The translations under genes were made by a program, and so were the position numbers. Under the pieces are notes generated by a model, which did no database searches, was not told where the DNA came from, and saw only the letters and a program-made list of their open reading frames with translations. Positions 17,748 to 32,769 of a stretch of DNA of 64,000 nucleotides are shown piece after piece (within the stretch, counting starts at the first letter, position 1; each line of letters starts with the position of its first letter). Source of the DNA: the human T2T-CHM13v2.0 reference genome, Homo sapiens; the NCBI RefSeq assembly GCF_009914755.1, contig NC_060939.1; one strand, given 5' to 3'.

Positions 17748-18234
17748 TGAGGGAATAGAGAGACCGTCTCATATTGTTTTATATTGTTTTATACTCAGTA
17801 CCTGTTTTAAGAAAAAACAACAAGGAAGTAAAACCAAATACAGGCAGCCCAGCGCCAGGCCCAAAACCAGGCCTGGGCCTGCCTGGCCTAAACCCAGTAG
17901 TTAAAAATCAGCTCATAACTTAGAAACCGATGTTATTCATAGATTCCAGACATTGTATAGAAGAACATTGTATAAAGAACAGAACTGCCCTGTTCTGTTT
18001 CTCTCTGACCACCGGTGCATGTAGCCCCTGTCACATACCGCCTGCTTGCTCTGATCAATCACGACCCTTTCATGTAAAATCTTTAGTGTTGTGAGCTCTT
18101 TAAAGGGACAGAAATTGTGCATTTGGGGAGCTCGGATTTTAAGGCAGTAGCTTGCCGATGCTCCCAGCTGAATAAAGCCCTTCCTTGTGCAACTCGGTGT
18201 CTGAGAGATTTTGTCTGCGGCTCGTCCTGCTACA
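17748..18234 (+). mobile_element. Well-preserved ERV1 solo LTR (LTR15-like)
   Basis: TG...CA termini, tgagggaatagagagacc...gctcgtcctgctaca; AATAAA 18171-18176. Confidence 0.8.
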
Positions 18235-18865
18235 GTGCCTTGAGTCAAAAAAGTTCAGTGACCGAGATATAAGGGGAAAGTGGAAAATTAGATAAAAGCT
18301 ATTGTCAACAGTTGGGCTGGTTTTTCAGTGCTCTTTCTTGCTAAGGTATTCATGTACGTTACCAAGCAGCCCACCAGTCAGACTACCCCTGTCACTGTGA
18401 AAATCAGCAGTGTCCTCCAGCAGCACGCTTACCTAGATAGCAGACTGTCATTACTCAAGATAGAGGAGAAGAGATACCAGTTTTTAAGTCTCAAAACATC
18501 TCTCTACACTCTTTCCAGAAGAATGCAGGTGAGAAAATGCAGACATAAAATAAGAGTATTAGAATGAAGTTTTAGGCCCTGCATGGAGAAGTCATCCAGA
18601 CCCACATTCCACCTTGGATTGATACTGGAAGCCATGGATGTTTGGGGAGAAACTGTGGTGATAACAATACTAACATTAGTAACAATAAATATAACCGACA
18701 ACAGCCAATGATTATAGTAGTTGCTGCTCCATCTCCATGTCTGCAGTTTTACTTTCTGTGGTTTCAGTTACCTGCAGTCAACCACAGTCCGAAAATATTA
18801 AGATATTTTCAAAGAGAAACCACAATATAACTTATTACACTATATTTGTTCTACTTTATTGTTAG

Positions 18866-19527
18866 TGTCAACTGAAGGATGACGAGGTTCATAAATTTGG
18901 AAAGAGCTTTATTTCTCATAAAGGGTTGCAGTCTGCGGGGCGGCCATTCCAACAGGCTGGGAAGACAACCTCATGCTAGAAGCCAGAAACAGACACTTCA
19001 AGGGAGGGCAAAGGGAGCAGGAATCTATGCAGAATGGGGTGGCCAAATATACATATTTAATAAGCTATAGGAGGAGTCATGAACATTTATGCAAGGAGAA
19101 ATGTGCATATGCGCAATTGCACTTCATGTCTCTCCCTGGGACCCATATTCCAAAATTGGCAGTGTTAGCATGATCCAGGGTAGGAGTTTTCAGCCCTCTG
19201 ACATCAAAAGGTGAAGTAGAGGACATGAAAACCCTGACTGCATGTCTTCCATAGACTGGCCAGAACTACTCCATGGTTGGTGGTCTTTTACCAGGAAGAA
19301 CTGCTGGTCAATTGTGCCAAAACTGCAAAAGGGAGGGGCAGCATCAGGTGGTTGGTTTATACCAGCAGTGGAGTCTTTTGAAAGGGCTGATTTCTGTTTA
19401 GCTCTTAGGGAAGAAAGCCTAATGGCATTTAGAGCGGGTGAGGGTTTCCAAGGTTATTCGGGGTCCCCTTGGCCAAGAGGGGGTCTGTTCAGTCAGCTGG
19501 AGGGCTTAAGATTTCATTTTTCTCATC
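18866..19527 (-). mobile_element. MER39-like ERV1 solo LTR
   Basis: tgtcaactgaag...ttcataaatttggaaagagctttatttctcataaagggttgcag; AATAAA on - strand. Confidence 0.7.
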
Positions 19528-19551
19528 AATTATTGTTAATCTCTATTATGA

Positions 19552-19866
<315 letters not shown>

Positions 19867-19892
19867 GTAAATTAAATTTTATCATAGGTTCG

Positions 19893-20435
19893 TGTGATGA
19901 TTAATGTGGAGTGTCAACTTGATTGAAGGAAGCAAAGTATTGTTCCTGGGTGTGTCAGTGAGGGTGTTGCCAAAGGAGATTAACATTTCAGTAAGTGGAC
20001 TAGGAGAGGCAGACCCACGTTCAATCTGGGTGGGCACCATCTAATCAGCTGCCAGTGCGGCTAGAATAAAAGCAGGCAGAAGAACGTGGAAGGACTTGAC
20101 TTGCTGAGTCTTCTGGTCTTCATCTTTCTCTCATGCTGGATGCCTCCTTCCCTTGAAAGTCAGACTCCAAGTTCTTCAGCTTTTGGATTCTTGGACTTAC
20201 ACTAGTGGTTTGCCAGGGGTTCAAGGGTCTTCAGCCACAGACTGAAGGCTGCACTATTGGATTCCCTACTTTTGAGGTTTTGGAACTTAGACTGGCTTCC
20301 TTGCTCCTCAGCTTGCAGATGGCCTATTGTGGGGCTTCACCTTGTGATCATGTGAGTCAATACTCTAGTAAACTCCCTTTCATATATACATCTATTCTAT
20401 TAATTCTGTCCCTCTAGAGAACCCTGACTAATACA
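19893..20435 (+). mobile_element. MLT2A (HERV-L) solo LTR
   Basis: tgtgatgattaat...gagtgtcaacttgattg ... ctagagaaccctgactaataca. Confidence 0.9.
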
Positions 20436-21059
20436 GTATGTATCTATGCATAGGGAAAAACATTGTGGATTTAGGGTTTGGTGCTGTCCACGATTTCAGG
20501 TATCCACTGAGGGTCTTGGAACACATCCTCCACAGACAAGGGGGGACTACTATACAAAGTGAATGGTGGGTCAGACCTTATTCCAGGTGGTTTACAGGTA
20601 TGACTTCATTTAATCCCCACAACAAACCTATCAGGCATGTGCATTTATTATGTTTCTCTTCTCACAAATAAACTGTCACAGGAGAAGATTATTAAGTTTT
20701 GAGGCTCTATAGCGAGTAAGTGGTAGGTGTGAGATCTGAACACAGCCAATCTGCCTCCAGAGAGTGGGCTTTTAACTGTATACTGATTCAGAGCAAACAT
20801 AGACATGGTGTCCTTGAAAAAGTAAGGGCTTTGGGATCAGATGAACTAACATTAGAAACCTGTACGATACTGACACTCCTCCCGGTTTAAGTCTCCAAGT
20901 CAACAAAATGAGGCCTAAACCTGGCATCAGGGGATTAAGTGAGATAGGTTTACCCAGTACCTAGCACAGTGCCTGGCAGGGTAGTTTGATAACAATTTGC
21001 TTCTTTCCAGGGATTTCTGTTAAGGAAAATATTTGAGGACTACACAAAGTTGTATATAC

Positions 21060-21555
21060 TGCAGGGGAGGCAAAACCTTCCCTCCACCCTCGAAGGGCCC
21101 CAGCTGGACCTGAGACTTAAACTAATATAAAATAGATTAACAGGAGAAAAGCATTCAAACTTCATTTAAGTTTTACAGGACACAGGAGCGCTTGTTAGGG
21201 AAATGAAGACCGAAAGAGGTGGCAAAACCTAAATGCTTTTATATTTGGTTGAACAAAGAGAGGTAATTGTGGGAAAAGTAAATTATGTGGGGAGGATAAA
21301 GGGAGATAATTATTTTAACGAAGTTGTTTGTACAGAATTCACTTGGCTTTGAATCCCCATTGAGTAATGTTTCTTTCCTCTTGGTACAGTAAAGCTATTT
21401 TTCACATGGGAGTTTTTATCTCCTGTTTTCAGGAAGAAAAGAGGAAATTCAAATGCCCTTCTTGCATCTGCTATTTTTCAAGTGCCTTTAGCTCAAAGTA
21501 ATCCTTATGCCAAAGTGGCATATTTTGGGCGGGCAGCATATTCTGCCATCCTTCA
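21060..21555 (-). mobile_element. MER34-family LTR
   Basis: agattaacaggagaaaagca ... atgccaaagtggcatattttggg...ccttca. Confidence 0.7.
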
Positions 21556-23430
21556 GTAGAACGATGAGAAAGATGTTCACTGCAGCAAAACACATGTACA
21601 CAAGAATCAAAAGGGCTGGAAAGAAATATATATATCAAGGTACTATTAAAGTTAATTTGCTTTTAAAAATAAAAATCAACCCTGATTTTCTTGCTTGGGA
21701 GATGAATAAAAAATATATTTTCAATGAAGTTTAACTTCAAAGTGACACTATGCCATAGCAGCTATGCACATTCACATGTTCAATACATTCAGTGTGATTC
21801 GAATATGGCATTTGTGACTTTCTGTTCAGGCAGTGAAGTCACAAAGACAAGTGGTTAAAAAAGAAAAACATTTTCAAACACTTTATGTTAATGACCTTCA
21901 TGCTTTAATTACTAGACCCAAAAGAAAAAATCAAAAGTCTTTGAGGCAAAAGCTAAGCTAGCTAAGATTTCAAGTGCAAAGAACAAGGAAATGCCTACTA
22001 CAAATTGCTCTTTAGATGTTTATAGTAATTAAATGTTTTATTTTGTCTTTTCGATAGCAAATGCCTGCCAAGAAACTCTAATCATCTTTATTATCTACTA
22101 GATTCTCCTCTTCATTCATGGTATTTCTTGTGAATCAGAAAAAGGCTTTAATTTTTCTGACAGCAACACAGTGCTAAAAGCAGGTGAGGACTTCTTAGGA
22201 AGAAAGGCAATGATCAAAGCATGCAGCCACCACATATGAGCTGTTCTCTGCCTTTTCCAGTGGAAGAAAGTGGGCCAATGTGCAGCATGTGAGCAAGGGA
22301 GTTGGGAGGCAAATACTATTTTGGTGGGTAGACAGCAGGAAAAGCAATCCAGACATCTTAATGGTTGCAATAAAGTCCCTTGTGTCCACACATTTACAAC
22401 AGTTATATATATTCATTCATAGCAAAGATCCCTCCTGCCTAGGTCACATGGTAGACTACCTAATAACACTTTGTCCCTCATAAATGAATATTTTGATGAA
22501 GCAGCAACAGAGTTTTCCTTGGCTGGTGGAAGCGGGTGGAGAGGTGAGCCTTGACAAGATAGTGCTTTCCAAGCATTGCAGCCATTTGGCCCAGAAGCCT
22601 GGTCTTAGACTCTCTTTTCAAGAAATGCATCTTCCAGTTATCCAGGGCCCTTTACTTATGAAAATCATTAGGGCCTATTAAGTTATAAAATTACAAACAT
22701 CCAAGGTCTTGATAGTGGTCACTAAGATTCTCTTCGTTTGCTTGGTTTCTAATCCCTTTGTTCTGTATCCTTTCCCTTTAGAAACAGCCTCTTCCCACCT
22801 TTAAAAGACCTTAGTATAGGGCTGCCTTCCTTTCCTGAGTGCACAGGATTCAGGCCAGACACAGTGACTGGTTCAGAAGTTCAGTCAGCATCCTTCCAGG
22901 ACATTCAGACAGATTCTCGCCCCTCTGAGCTCACAAGCTGAGGGGTGATGTAAGCCTAGCCACTTGTGCCCTTGCTTCTGAAAAACCTGCCTCAGGGCGA
23001 AGCCAACTCAAAAGAGATCTAAGAGATGGGAAACAATCTTAATGCTGCCATTTGAATCCCTGGATGCTGAGTTCAAGATCAGACTCCTGGAGATAATGAA
23101 TTACTAAAGCATCTCCTTTTGCTTAATCTGCTTTGAGTTGGTTCCTGTCACTTGAAAGTGAACAAGGTCTGGCTAAATCAGTAGCCAATCCTATTATTCA
23201 GGGGAAAAAAGGGTAGTAAGAAATGAGACTTTGGAGCTAGGGAAGGTTAAAACCAATGAGGAGTTTTGAATATAATGAGAGGTGAATTGAAAACAATATG
23301 ACATTTTTGTTATGTTTCTTCCCAGTGTTCTGTGGTTGGGGAATGTGCTCATCATTTTAGTTGGTGGCAACAGGGGTAAGGGAGAGACAAATTATGAAGA
23401 ACTGTACTTTTCCATATGGAAAGTATATAT

Positions 23431-23729
23431 GGGCCAGGCACAGTGGCTCAGGCCTGTAATCCTAGTACTTTGGGAGGCCGGGGCAGGCAGATCACTTGAG
23501 GTCAGGAGTTCCAGACCAGCCTGGCCAACATGGCGGAACCCCATCTCTACTAAAAATACAAAAATTAGCCAGGCCTGGTGGCGGGTGCCTGTAGTCCCAG
23601 CTACTCGGGAGGCTGAGGCAGGAATCGCTTGAACCCAAGAGGCAGAGCTTACAGTGAGCCAAGATTGTGTCACTGCACTTTAGCCTGGGCCACAGAGCAA
23701 GACTCCGTCTCAAAGAAAAAAAAAAAAAA
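23431..23729 (+). mobile_element. AluSx
   Basis: Dimeric Alu; degenerate TSD aagtatatatg / aagtacaaatg. Confidence 0.95.
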
Positions 23730-23805
23730 GTACAAATGAGCTAATCAATCTGGTGATTTACCTTTGCAGAAAGGAGTTTTACACAATTTGGAATATAAAT
23801 TAAAG

Positions 23806-24083
23806 CAGCGGTCCCCAACCTTTTTGGTACTAGGGACCAGTTTTGGGGAAGACAATGTTTCTATGGAAGGTGCGGGAGTGGGAGGGTGGTTTGAGGATCC
23901 CCGCCTGCAGTTCTCAGTAGGGCTCACATCCCTATGAGAATCTAATGCTGCCGCTTATCTGACAGGAGGTGGAGCTCGGGCAGTAATGCTCACTCGCCTG
24001 CCACTCACCTCCTGCTGTGCGGCCAGGTTCCTAACAGGCCACGAACTGGTACTGGTCCACAGCCTGGGGTTTGGGAACCCCTG
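23806..24083. mobile_element. MER1B (hAT-Charlie MITE)
   Basis: Terminal inverted repeats cagcggtccccaacc / gggtttgggaacccctg; 8-bp TSD-like aattaaag / ccttaaag. Confidence 0.9.
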
Positions 24084-25176
24084 CCTTAAAGCATCTCCTA
24101 CTCTAAAGTGGCTGTGTTCTCCATATTTAACCCAGAGCACTTCCCCACTTGCTATACCACGCAAGATGACAGAAACCTCATTCTTCCAGACTACGCTTTA
24201 GCCTAAAGTAGAGATATATGCACAGGACAGAGGTATGTCCACAAAGAGAGCTGACAAAGCTAATATCCAGACAGGGACAATGCGAATAGGTTATGAGAAA
24301 ACTGAACACGTTGAAATGGAAAAAAAATAAATTAGAGAAAAAATAAAAATATTCAAGGCAGACAAGAAAGACCCCATGTATACATAACTGGTGGTCTTGA
24401 GGGAGATAACAACCATAAAGAGAGAAACAGGTGACTGTAGGAGTCCTGGGGAGCTGGGTTTACACAGGCCCCGCCTCTCTGATCCCACCCCCACCCCACT
24501 GCAGCTCCCTCCCTTGGACTAATAACCACAGCAAGCATGCTTCCAGGACTGGAGGGTAATCAGAGGCCATGGGTTCCCCAAGATCTGCAGAAGAGATCCA
24601 GTACAGGGTTCCTCCCTCCCTGAGACACAAGTGAGAGCTTAGCAATGAAGTTGCATGCGGAGAAGAGGGCTTGCCCCTTCCCAAGGAAGTCCTGGGAAAA
24701 GCAAGGACTGTGTGGTACTTGTGGGGTCTGTGCTGGCAGAAGCCCGTGTCTCCCTTCTGAGAGAGTCCACAGCTGTCCCCTTTCTGAGAATAGTCCTCCA
24801 AGACCCTGTCCCAGGCTGTTGTTCTTTGGGAGAGGCAGGCTAACTGCTGCCAGGCTTCAAGGTTGGGAGAGCCAGCAGTTTGCCCCCTGTGAGGCCTGGG
24901 CTCCAAGAGGCCCTTCATAGTACTTCAAAAGGCATGTAGACAGTGTGCCCTCTGATGCATCGTGACCATAAAAGCAAAACCTGCTGGGCCTCTTGCTACT
25001 TGCCACCTCATACTTTTTCAGTGACTCCCAACAACATGACTCACAGAGGAAAGGGAGAAGCACAGACCCCATTCCAGTTATCCCACTGGATATCCTTGGC
25101 CTCTTTTCTGCAGATCTGTTGACCACAGATGTAAGAATTTATTTCTGGAGCCTCAATTCTAATCCATTGCTCTACA

Positions 25177-25555
25177 TGTGCACTGGTTTCCTGGGGCTGC
25201 CACAGCAGAATACCACAGACTTGGGGGCTTAAACAACAAAGTGATTCCTCACAGTTCTGGAGGCTCCAAGTCTGAGATCAAGGAGTCGGCATGTTTGGTT
25301 CCTCCTGAGGCTTCTCTCCTTGGCCTGCAGATGACCACGTTCTCACTGTGTTCTCAGCTGGCCCTTCTCTGTGCATGTACATCCCTGGTGTCTCTTCCTC
25401 CTTTTGTTGACTATAAGGATACCAGTCCTGTTGGACCAGAGCCCCACTGTAAAGGCCTCATTTTAACTTAATCCACTTAAATAACTTATTTCCACACACA
25501 GTAAGTCTGAGGTTGAGTCTTTTGAATTCTGGGGGAGACACTGCAGCCCATCACG
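25177..25555 (-). mobile_element. MLT1A LTR nested in an antisense L1M fragment (about 25070-26130)
   Basis: ggggctgccacagcagaataccacagacttgggggcttaaacaaca. Confidence 0.8.
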
Positions 25556-25702
25556 TATGTTGACGTGTGCCACCGCCACACTGCCTGGTTATTGCAGAGT
25601 GTTAGTAAGTTTTGAAATTAGAAAGTATAAGTGCTCCAGTTCTGTTATTTTTCAGGATTATTAGGGCTATTCTGGGTCCCTTCCATCTCCATATGAATTT
25701 GA

Positions 25703-26032
<330 letters not shown>

Positions 26033-28471
26033 TCAGTTGGGATTTTCACAGGGCTCGTTTTGAGTCTGCAGATCAATTTGGGTAGTACTGACATCTTAAA
26101 ATTAAGTCTACCGATCCACATAAGTGGGATGCTAGTTAATATGGACAAGTGAATTTATTACTCCTCCAAAAAACTATTTTCACAAACTTTATATCAACAT
26201 GAGAAATCATGTTGTATCTTTCTACCTGGAGGGAGCAAGAAAGTCAGGTGGTGTGCCTTTTGTACATGGGCAACCCAATTTCTTATCTAGACTTTCTTTT
26301 GCTCGCCTGGAAAAAAAAAAATGAGGTATTGCAAAAATGTGATAATTGCTTTCCTTAGTATGAAAAACTGTTAAAATGAGTAAAGCCTGTGCTCAACTAG
26401 AATTCTCACATTTCCGTTTTGATGTATCCGCATTTCACAGTAAAAAAAACCCTCAGTTATGTACATATGTGATCCTGAAGTACCCATGATTAAAAACAAA
26501 TATTTCAATCTACAATGTTCAGTTCTATTAGATCATTAAAAGACGTATCTCTACTCGCATTCTCTGAAAACGTGTAAATCATGCTCAGCATAGTGACAAC
26601 TCCACTAGGACAGGCCGACCAACTCATTTGTTACAAAGTCTCTGGCCCCCTGAGTGAGGAGCCCCCAGAAACCTAATGTGAAAGGAAACTTCGGTTTTCT
26701 CCCCAGCTGCTTTCCTTGAGTTTGCATGATATGCTTTGGCTGCTATGTGGAGCTGTCAAAAGCCTTGAACAGACAAAATAAAGAAGAATGGCATTCCAGG
26801 AAATAAACAAGCTTAATCTCAGTTGGACAGAAGGAGGTACAAAGAAGGCCTGGGGAAGGAAGAGGAAGAGGCAGGATACAGGGAAGACAGAATGGACTCT
26901 GTAACCTCAGGAAAAAATAGCAACCTTATAAATACAAAGATGTTCCCTGGCAGACACATGTCAGCACCTGGGTTATGAAAGACCAGCCAATGCCCCCCCA
27001 CACAGGTTAGAATCACATTCATCAGGAAGAAAGAGAGCAGAAGGACCCTGCTGCCTGGTGATGTCTCAGCTGGCGTGGCTGCAGCTTTGCTTCCAGCAGC
27101 CGGGGAACCGCCATGGGAAGGCGTTTCCTCAAAATGCATGAAAGGCGGAGGAGCTTGGTTTTCTGATGGTTTGCTGCCCCTTGAAGTTGGCAACACCATC
27201 CCTTCATCTGCATGGATAAACCGGGGCATCCTTTTTGAGAAGCAGTACTTTTTTTTTTAAGACTTTATTAATCCCACACGTTTGAGAGAGGTGGTTGGGA
27301 AAGCAAGTATTAATGAATTAACTGCTTCCTAGGATTCAATCAGTCATTAAAAATGTACCCGTGAAATTTTCTTGAGCTGTTCAATTGTTTATCATTATCC
27401 AAGTGGTTCATACTCTCATGCATTTATTTTCCTTCCACATTTACCTCTAAGCAAATTACCTAATTCAACATGGTTATTATTCTGGATATTTAAAAGCTGT
27501 GTATTGGGAAATTTCACATAGTAATATGAATACACCTGTTACGCTTAATCCTTTGTGCCTAGGTGTGATTATTAGATATAATTTATAGAAATTCTGCCGA
27601 ACTCATTGTAATTTATTATCCATTTATGGTTTTACTTGATTAGTCTTACTTAAGGATGATATTTTCTAAATGTATAAATAAATGATACAGCCTATTAAAG
27701 TGGAGGTTATATAATAAGTGACGGGTTTAGGAGTGGACATGTGACCGAGCTCTGGCCAATGAGTTGCAAGGGGTATTTTTGGGGGCATCTGAGAAATGTT
27801 TACTTGCTCTTAAAAAAGAAGATTGTAGGAAAAAAAGAAGGAAAACTTTCCTGTTCTACTGGACTCCCATACCAGACATCTGCATGTACTGCCTCAAGCA
27901 GGGGCAACTGTCTCATGACTGAGTAGAGCTAAGCCACCACATCAATACATCGAAACTGGCAGAGGGGAAAGCTGGAAAGATTCTAGGTCCTTGAATTTGT
28001 GAGGCTGCTGAACCAGCTAACCCTGCGGCAACCCCGCTCTGGACTTGCCATTTGACGTAATAACTTCCTTCGTTATTGAAACTTGTGTGAATTGGTTTGT
28101 ATCACTTGCAGCCAAAAGCCACCCCAAAGCTTCCCAGCTGACAGCTGTAGACTAGGGAGTCCCAACAAGAGGAACAGACTTCACCTGGTGAAGCCATGCC
28201 AACCCACTCCACCTGTCTCTGAGATCTATAGACATTTGAATGTGAGCGTGAAATGCTGCTCAAGTTCAGGTAGACTACAGCTCAAGAATGTGAGACTACA
28301 GGTTGGTAGTCTGCCTCCCTCTCTAAGGCAAAGAGATATTTCAATGTTACCTGGGACCTGAGAAAGGGGGAGGGTCTATGGTTTGCCCAGATAACTAAAG
28401 TCTGTAGGTTAGAAAGACAGGATTTGTTTGGAAGCTATAAAGATGTATCCTCATATGTCATGGACATCATG

Positions 28472-28826
28472 TGATATGGTTTGGCTGTGTTCCCACCCAA
28501 ATCTCATCTTAGCTCCCATAATTCCCACATGTTGTGGGAGGGACCCCACGGGAGATAACTGAATCATGGGGAAGGTTTCCCCCATACTGTTCTCATGCTG
28601 ATGAATAAGTCTCACGAGATCTGATGGTTTCATAAGGGGAAACTCCTTTCAGCTGGTTCTCATTCTCTCTTGTCTGCTGCCATGTAAGACGTGCCCTTTG
28701 CCTTCTGCCATGACTGTGAGGCCTCCCCAGCCACGTGAAACTGTGAGTCCATTAAACCTCTTTTTCTTTATAAATTACCCAGTCTTGGGTATGTCTTTAT
28801 CAGCAGCACAAAAACAGACTAATACA
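28472..28826 (+). mobile_element. THE1C/D MaLR solo LTR
   Basis: tgatatggtttggctgtgt...cagactaataca; TSD tcatg / tcatc. Confidence 0.92.
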
Positions 28827-29545
28827 TCATCCTAACTTGAATGATGCCTGTCCTCAGTGAGTGGTCCATTGTGAGTATCCATCAAGGAGTTTTCTCCCAC
28901 TGCACACTGGACCTCAGGAGTTACCACAAGCTCCCTAGCACTCTTCAAATTGTTCCTCGTTTCCAGCAAGTCATCTCTTCTCCACCCACCTCATGAATTC
29001 AATATTTTAGATGCCTGTCACATTGCCTGTCGCTGATCCCTGACTCTTGAGACCCCACTATGTGCTACAGTCTTGGTCCCCTGTTTGCTTGGAAGAAGAC
29101 AGGAAGTTTTAACCCGAGGCTGTAGATGGCTTCAGGCATACCGGTCTGTTCTTGTTGCCTGGACTCCTCCAGCACATCCAAGTCTGCCCTTTAACCGTTT
29201 CTTGGCTACAACTGGTCTCAATATGGTGATGGCCAGGGGACAGATGAGCTTTGAAAGCCTCGGGCCAACCAGCCAGATGTTCTCTTGCCTCCAGTGGTCA
29301 CTGGTGATGCCTGGTATGGGGGTGTGTCCAGAGGTTGACCCACTGTTGCTCCCCATGGCCTATGATAGAGGGCCATGCTCACACAGGGAGCTGGGACCAA
29401 AGACCAGAGTCCAGCAAGAATCTCTGGACCAAAGGTCAGGCAGTCTGGAGACAGTCTGCATCTCTGGCAGACCCCAGGGTGAGAAGCAGCTATCCCAGGC
29501 CAGAGTGGGGTCAGCTGGCCAATCTGGGGGCTCTGGAGCAGATGA

Positions 29546-29920
<375 letters not shown>

Positions 29921-30425
29921 TAGCTATCATAGCCTGCAGCTGGGCCCAAACCAGCGCTGGGGAAACTCCACACCCACCAAAACAATGCAGCACAGCAAAC
30001 TGATGTGCCCCCTAAGAGGGACAGTGGTTTGAAGGAAGGAGACAGCCAAATTCTAGAACAGATGGCTACTACAGAGCAGAACTAATGACAGATACAGAAA
30101 TAGACTATATAATATAAACAATGAGAATTCATAAGGAGATATTATTAGAGCACAAAAAATGCTGCCAGAACAGAAAAATGCTTGATTTTTTTTATTGTTT
30201 TGTTGTTCCTGGATCCTAAGAGAAACTCCAAATGCTCGACTTTTTCCATTTAAAAATTTAGTAGAGGTACTGTATAAAAGAACGGTCCCCACTAAAAACC
30301 AAATTACTATTTTAGGAAGATAAAATGAAAGACGTATCCCACAGCACAAGATAAAAAGTTAATGAACTAAGAATCACGAGTTAAGGATCAAGATATGGAG
30401 GGTGGATGCAGGAGGATGCATCCTA

Positions 30426-30983
<558 letters not shown>

Positions 30984-31339
30984 TCATGGAAAGTAATAGA
31001 TCATGGGCTAACATTTAGTGGCTAGGGAGAAGAAAGAACTGATGAGGAATCCTCCACCAGGCAACTACAGAGAAATCAATGATTGGACCTGCAGTCAGGA
31101 AACACAGCTTCTCTGCATACTCTCTGTGAATACTCCAGGATACGCTACCAAAGAGCCAGATCAGAACAAGGGTCCAAGGGAGAAGACAGAGTGCAGTGAT
31201 CAACAGTGAGAGTGAATCTCGTAATATTTATTTTTAAATCTTCATGCACAATGGTAACGTCAATGCAAGTTATAACACAATTTTTCTTGAGGATTCTTGA
31301 AATGAAATAATGAAAATTTTAGTTAGATCCTAGCCCCAA

Positions 31340-31775
31340 TCTCAGCATACTCCAGGAATAAGGAGAAGACAAGGGCGAAGGAGTGAAAAGAAACATGATT
31401 CCCAGGGTTTCTCCTCCAGGTGGGATGAGATGAAGAGGACACTGAAAATATTCAGGCAGAAGGGTGTGCTGGTAATTAAGCTACGTTTTCTCAATTTCAA
31501 ATCCACTGCTCCCTGACGCTGGAGTGGGGGCTCTTTAAGCTGTGGTTTTCTTTTGTTAGATGGTGTTCTATTGGGTTCTTCCAGTAAGAGGCAATGGAGG
31601 GAGCCTGGAAAGTGGGGAGAGGAGATGAACTTGCTTCTTCCTTTTCTCTTGCTCTCCATGTCAGTACCAGCCTGGCAGTACCCCTGCCCTGGGCTTCAAC
31701 CTCTCTCAGGACTTCCAAACCAGCTTTCTTGTGCTCTCTCAGAAGTATGAACAATAGCAAAGCACTTCCCTGCAG
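31340..31775 (-). mobile_element. Old ERVL LTR (LTR33-like)
   Basis: cttccaaaccagctttcttgtgctctctc...aacaatagcaaagcacttccctgca. Confidence 0.4.
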
Positions 31776-32769
31776 ATATGAAAAAGACTGAAAGAGAATA
31801 CTATATACAGCCTTTCCCAAAACATTTGAAAAACAGAGAAAGTGGGCAAATTCCTAGAAAAACACAACCAAGAAAAACTGATGCAAGAAGAATCACAAAG
31901 TTTGAATAATTCTAGGAGCTTCTGAATCTGGAATTCCAAACTTCCCTTCCCAGAAAACTTCAGGCCAAGATGACTTCACTAGTAAATTCCACTGAACATT
32001 TGAAGAAGAAATAACACCAGCCTTAAATAAATGTTTCCAGAAAAGCAAAAGAGGGACTAATCCCCATTGTGTCTTATGAAGGAAGTTTAACCTCCATATA
32101 AAATCTGTCAAGGACATTTTGAAAAATGAAGATGAAAGACCAATCTCTCTCATGAATATACGATAAAAAAATCCCAAACAAAACATTAACAAACAGAATC
32201 AAGAGATTCAGCTTGAGCAAGCTGAGTTCAGTCAAGGAAATAAGGTTGGTTCAACATTCAAAAACCAATCAAGATAATTCACCATATTAACAGAATAAGG
32301 GAGTTCTCTCATATGGTCTTCCCCCAAAAAAGAAAAGTCATATGATAAAATTCAGCATTTATTCATGATTTTTTTTAAACTAACAAAACAAAATTTAGCA
32401 GGCTAGAAATAGAAAGGAACTTAAACAATCACTACAACAACTTCCATTAAACATCATATGTAAAATAATGAGAATGTTGCCTCAAAGATAAGAAATAACA
32501 AAGAAAGCTGCCATCATCACTTCATCATTTTACTGGAAGTCTCAGTCAGTGCAATCAGAAAAAAGAAATAAAAGTTACAAGATTGGGGAAAAACCCCAAG
32601 TTATCTTATTTTCAAATGATGTGATTCTACATGCAGAAAATTCAAAAGAATGTAAAGATAAGTTAATAGACTCACTGAATTTATCAAAGTAGCTCGATAT
32701 AAGGTTAATAGACATACATCAGCTTTATTTCTATTTTCCAATAACAAAATAGAATGAAAATAACAGCAT

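Noticed and set aside
26819-27229. 136-aa hydrophobic ORF as a host-gene exon
   Set aside because: Does not match the FAM189A1 protein as I recall it; no convincing splice boundaries.
30003-30020. CTCF-like motif (gtgccccctaagagg)
   Set aside because: Three mismatches in the core; too weak without data.
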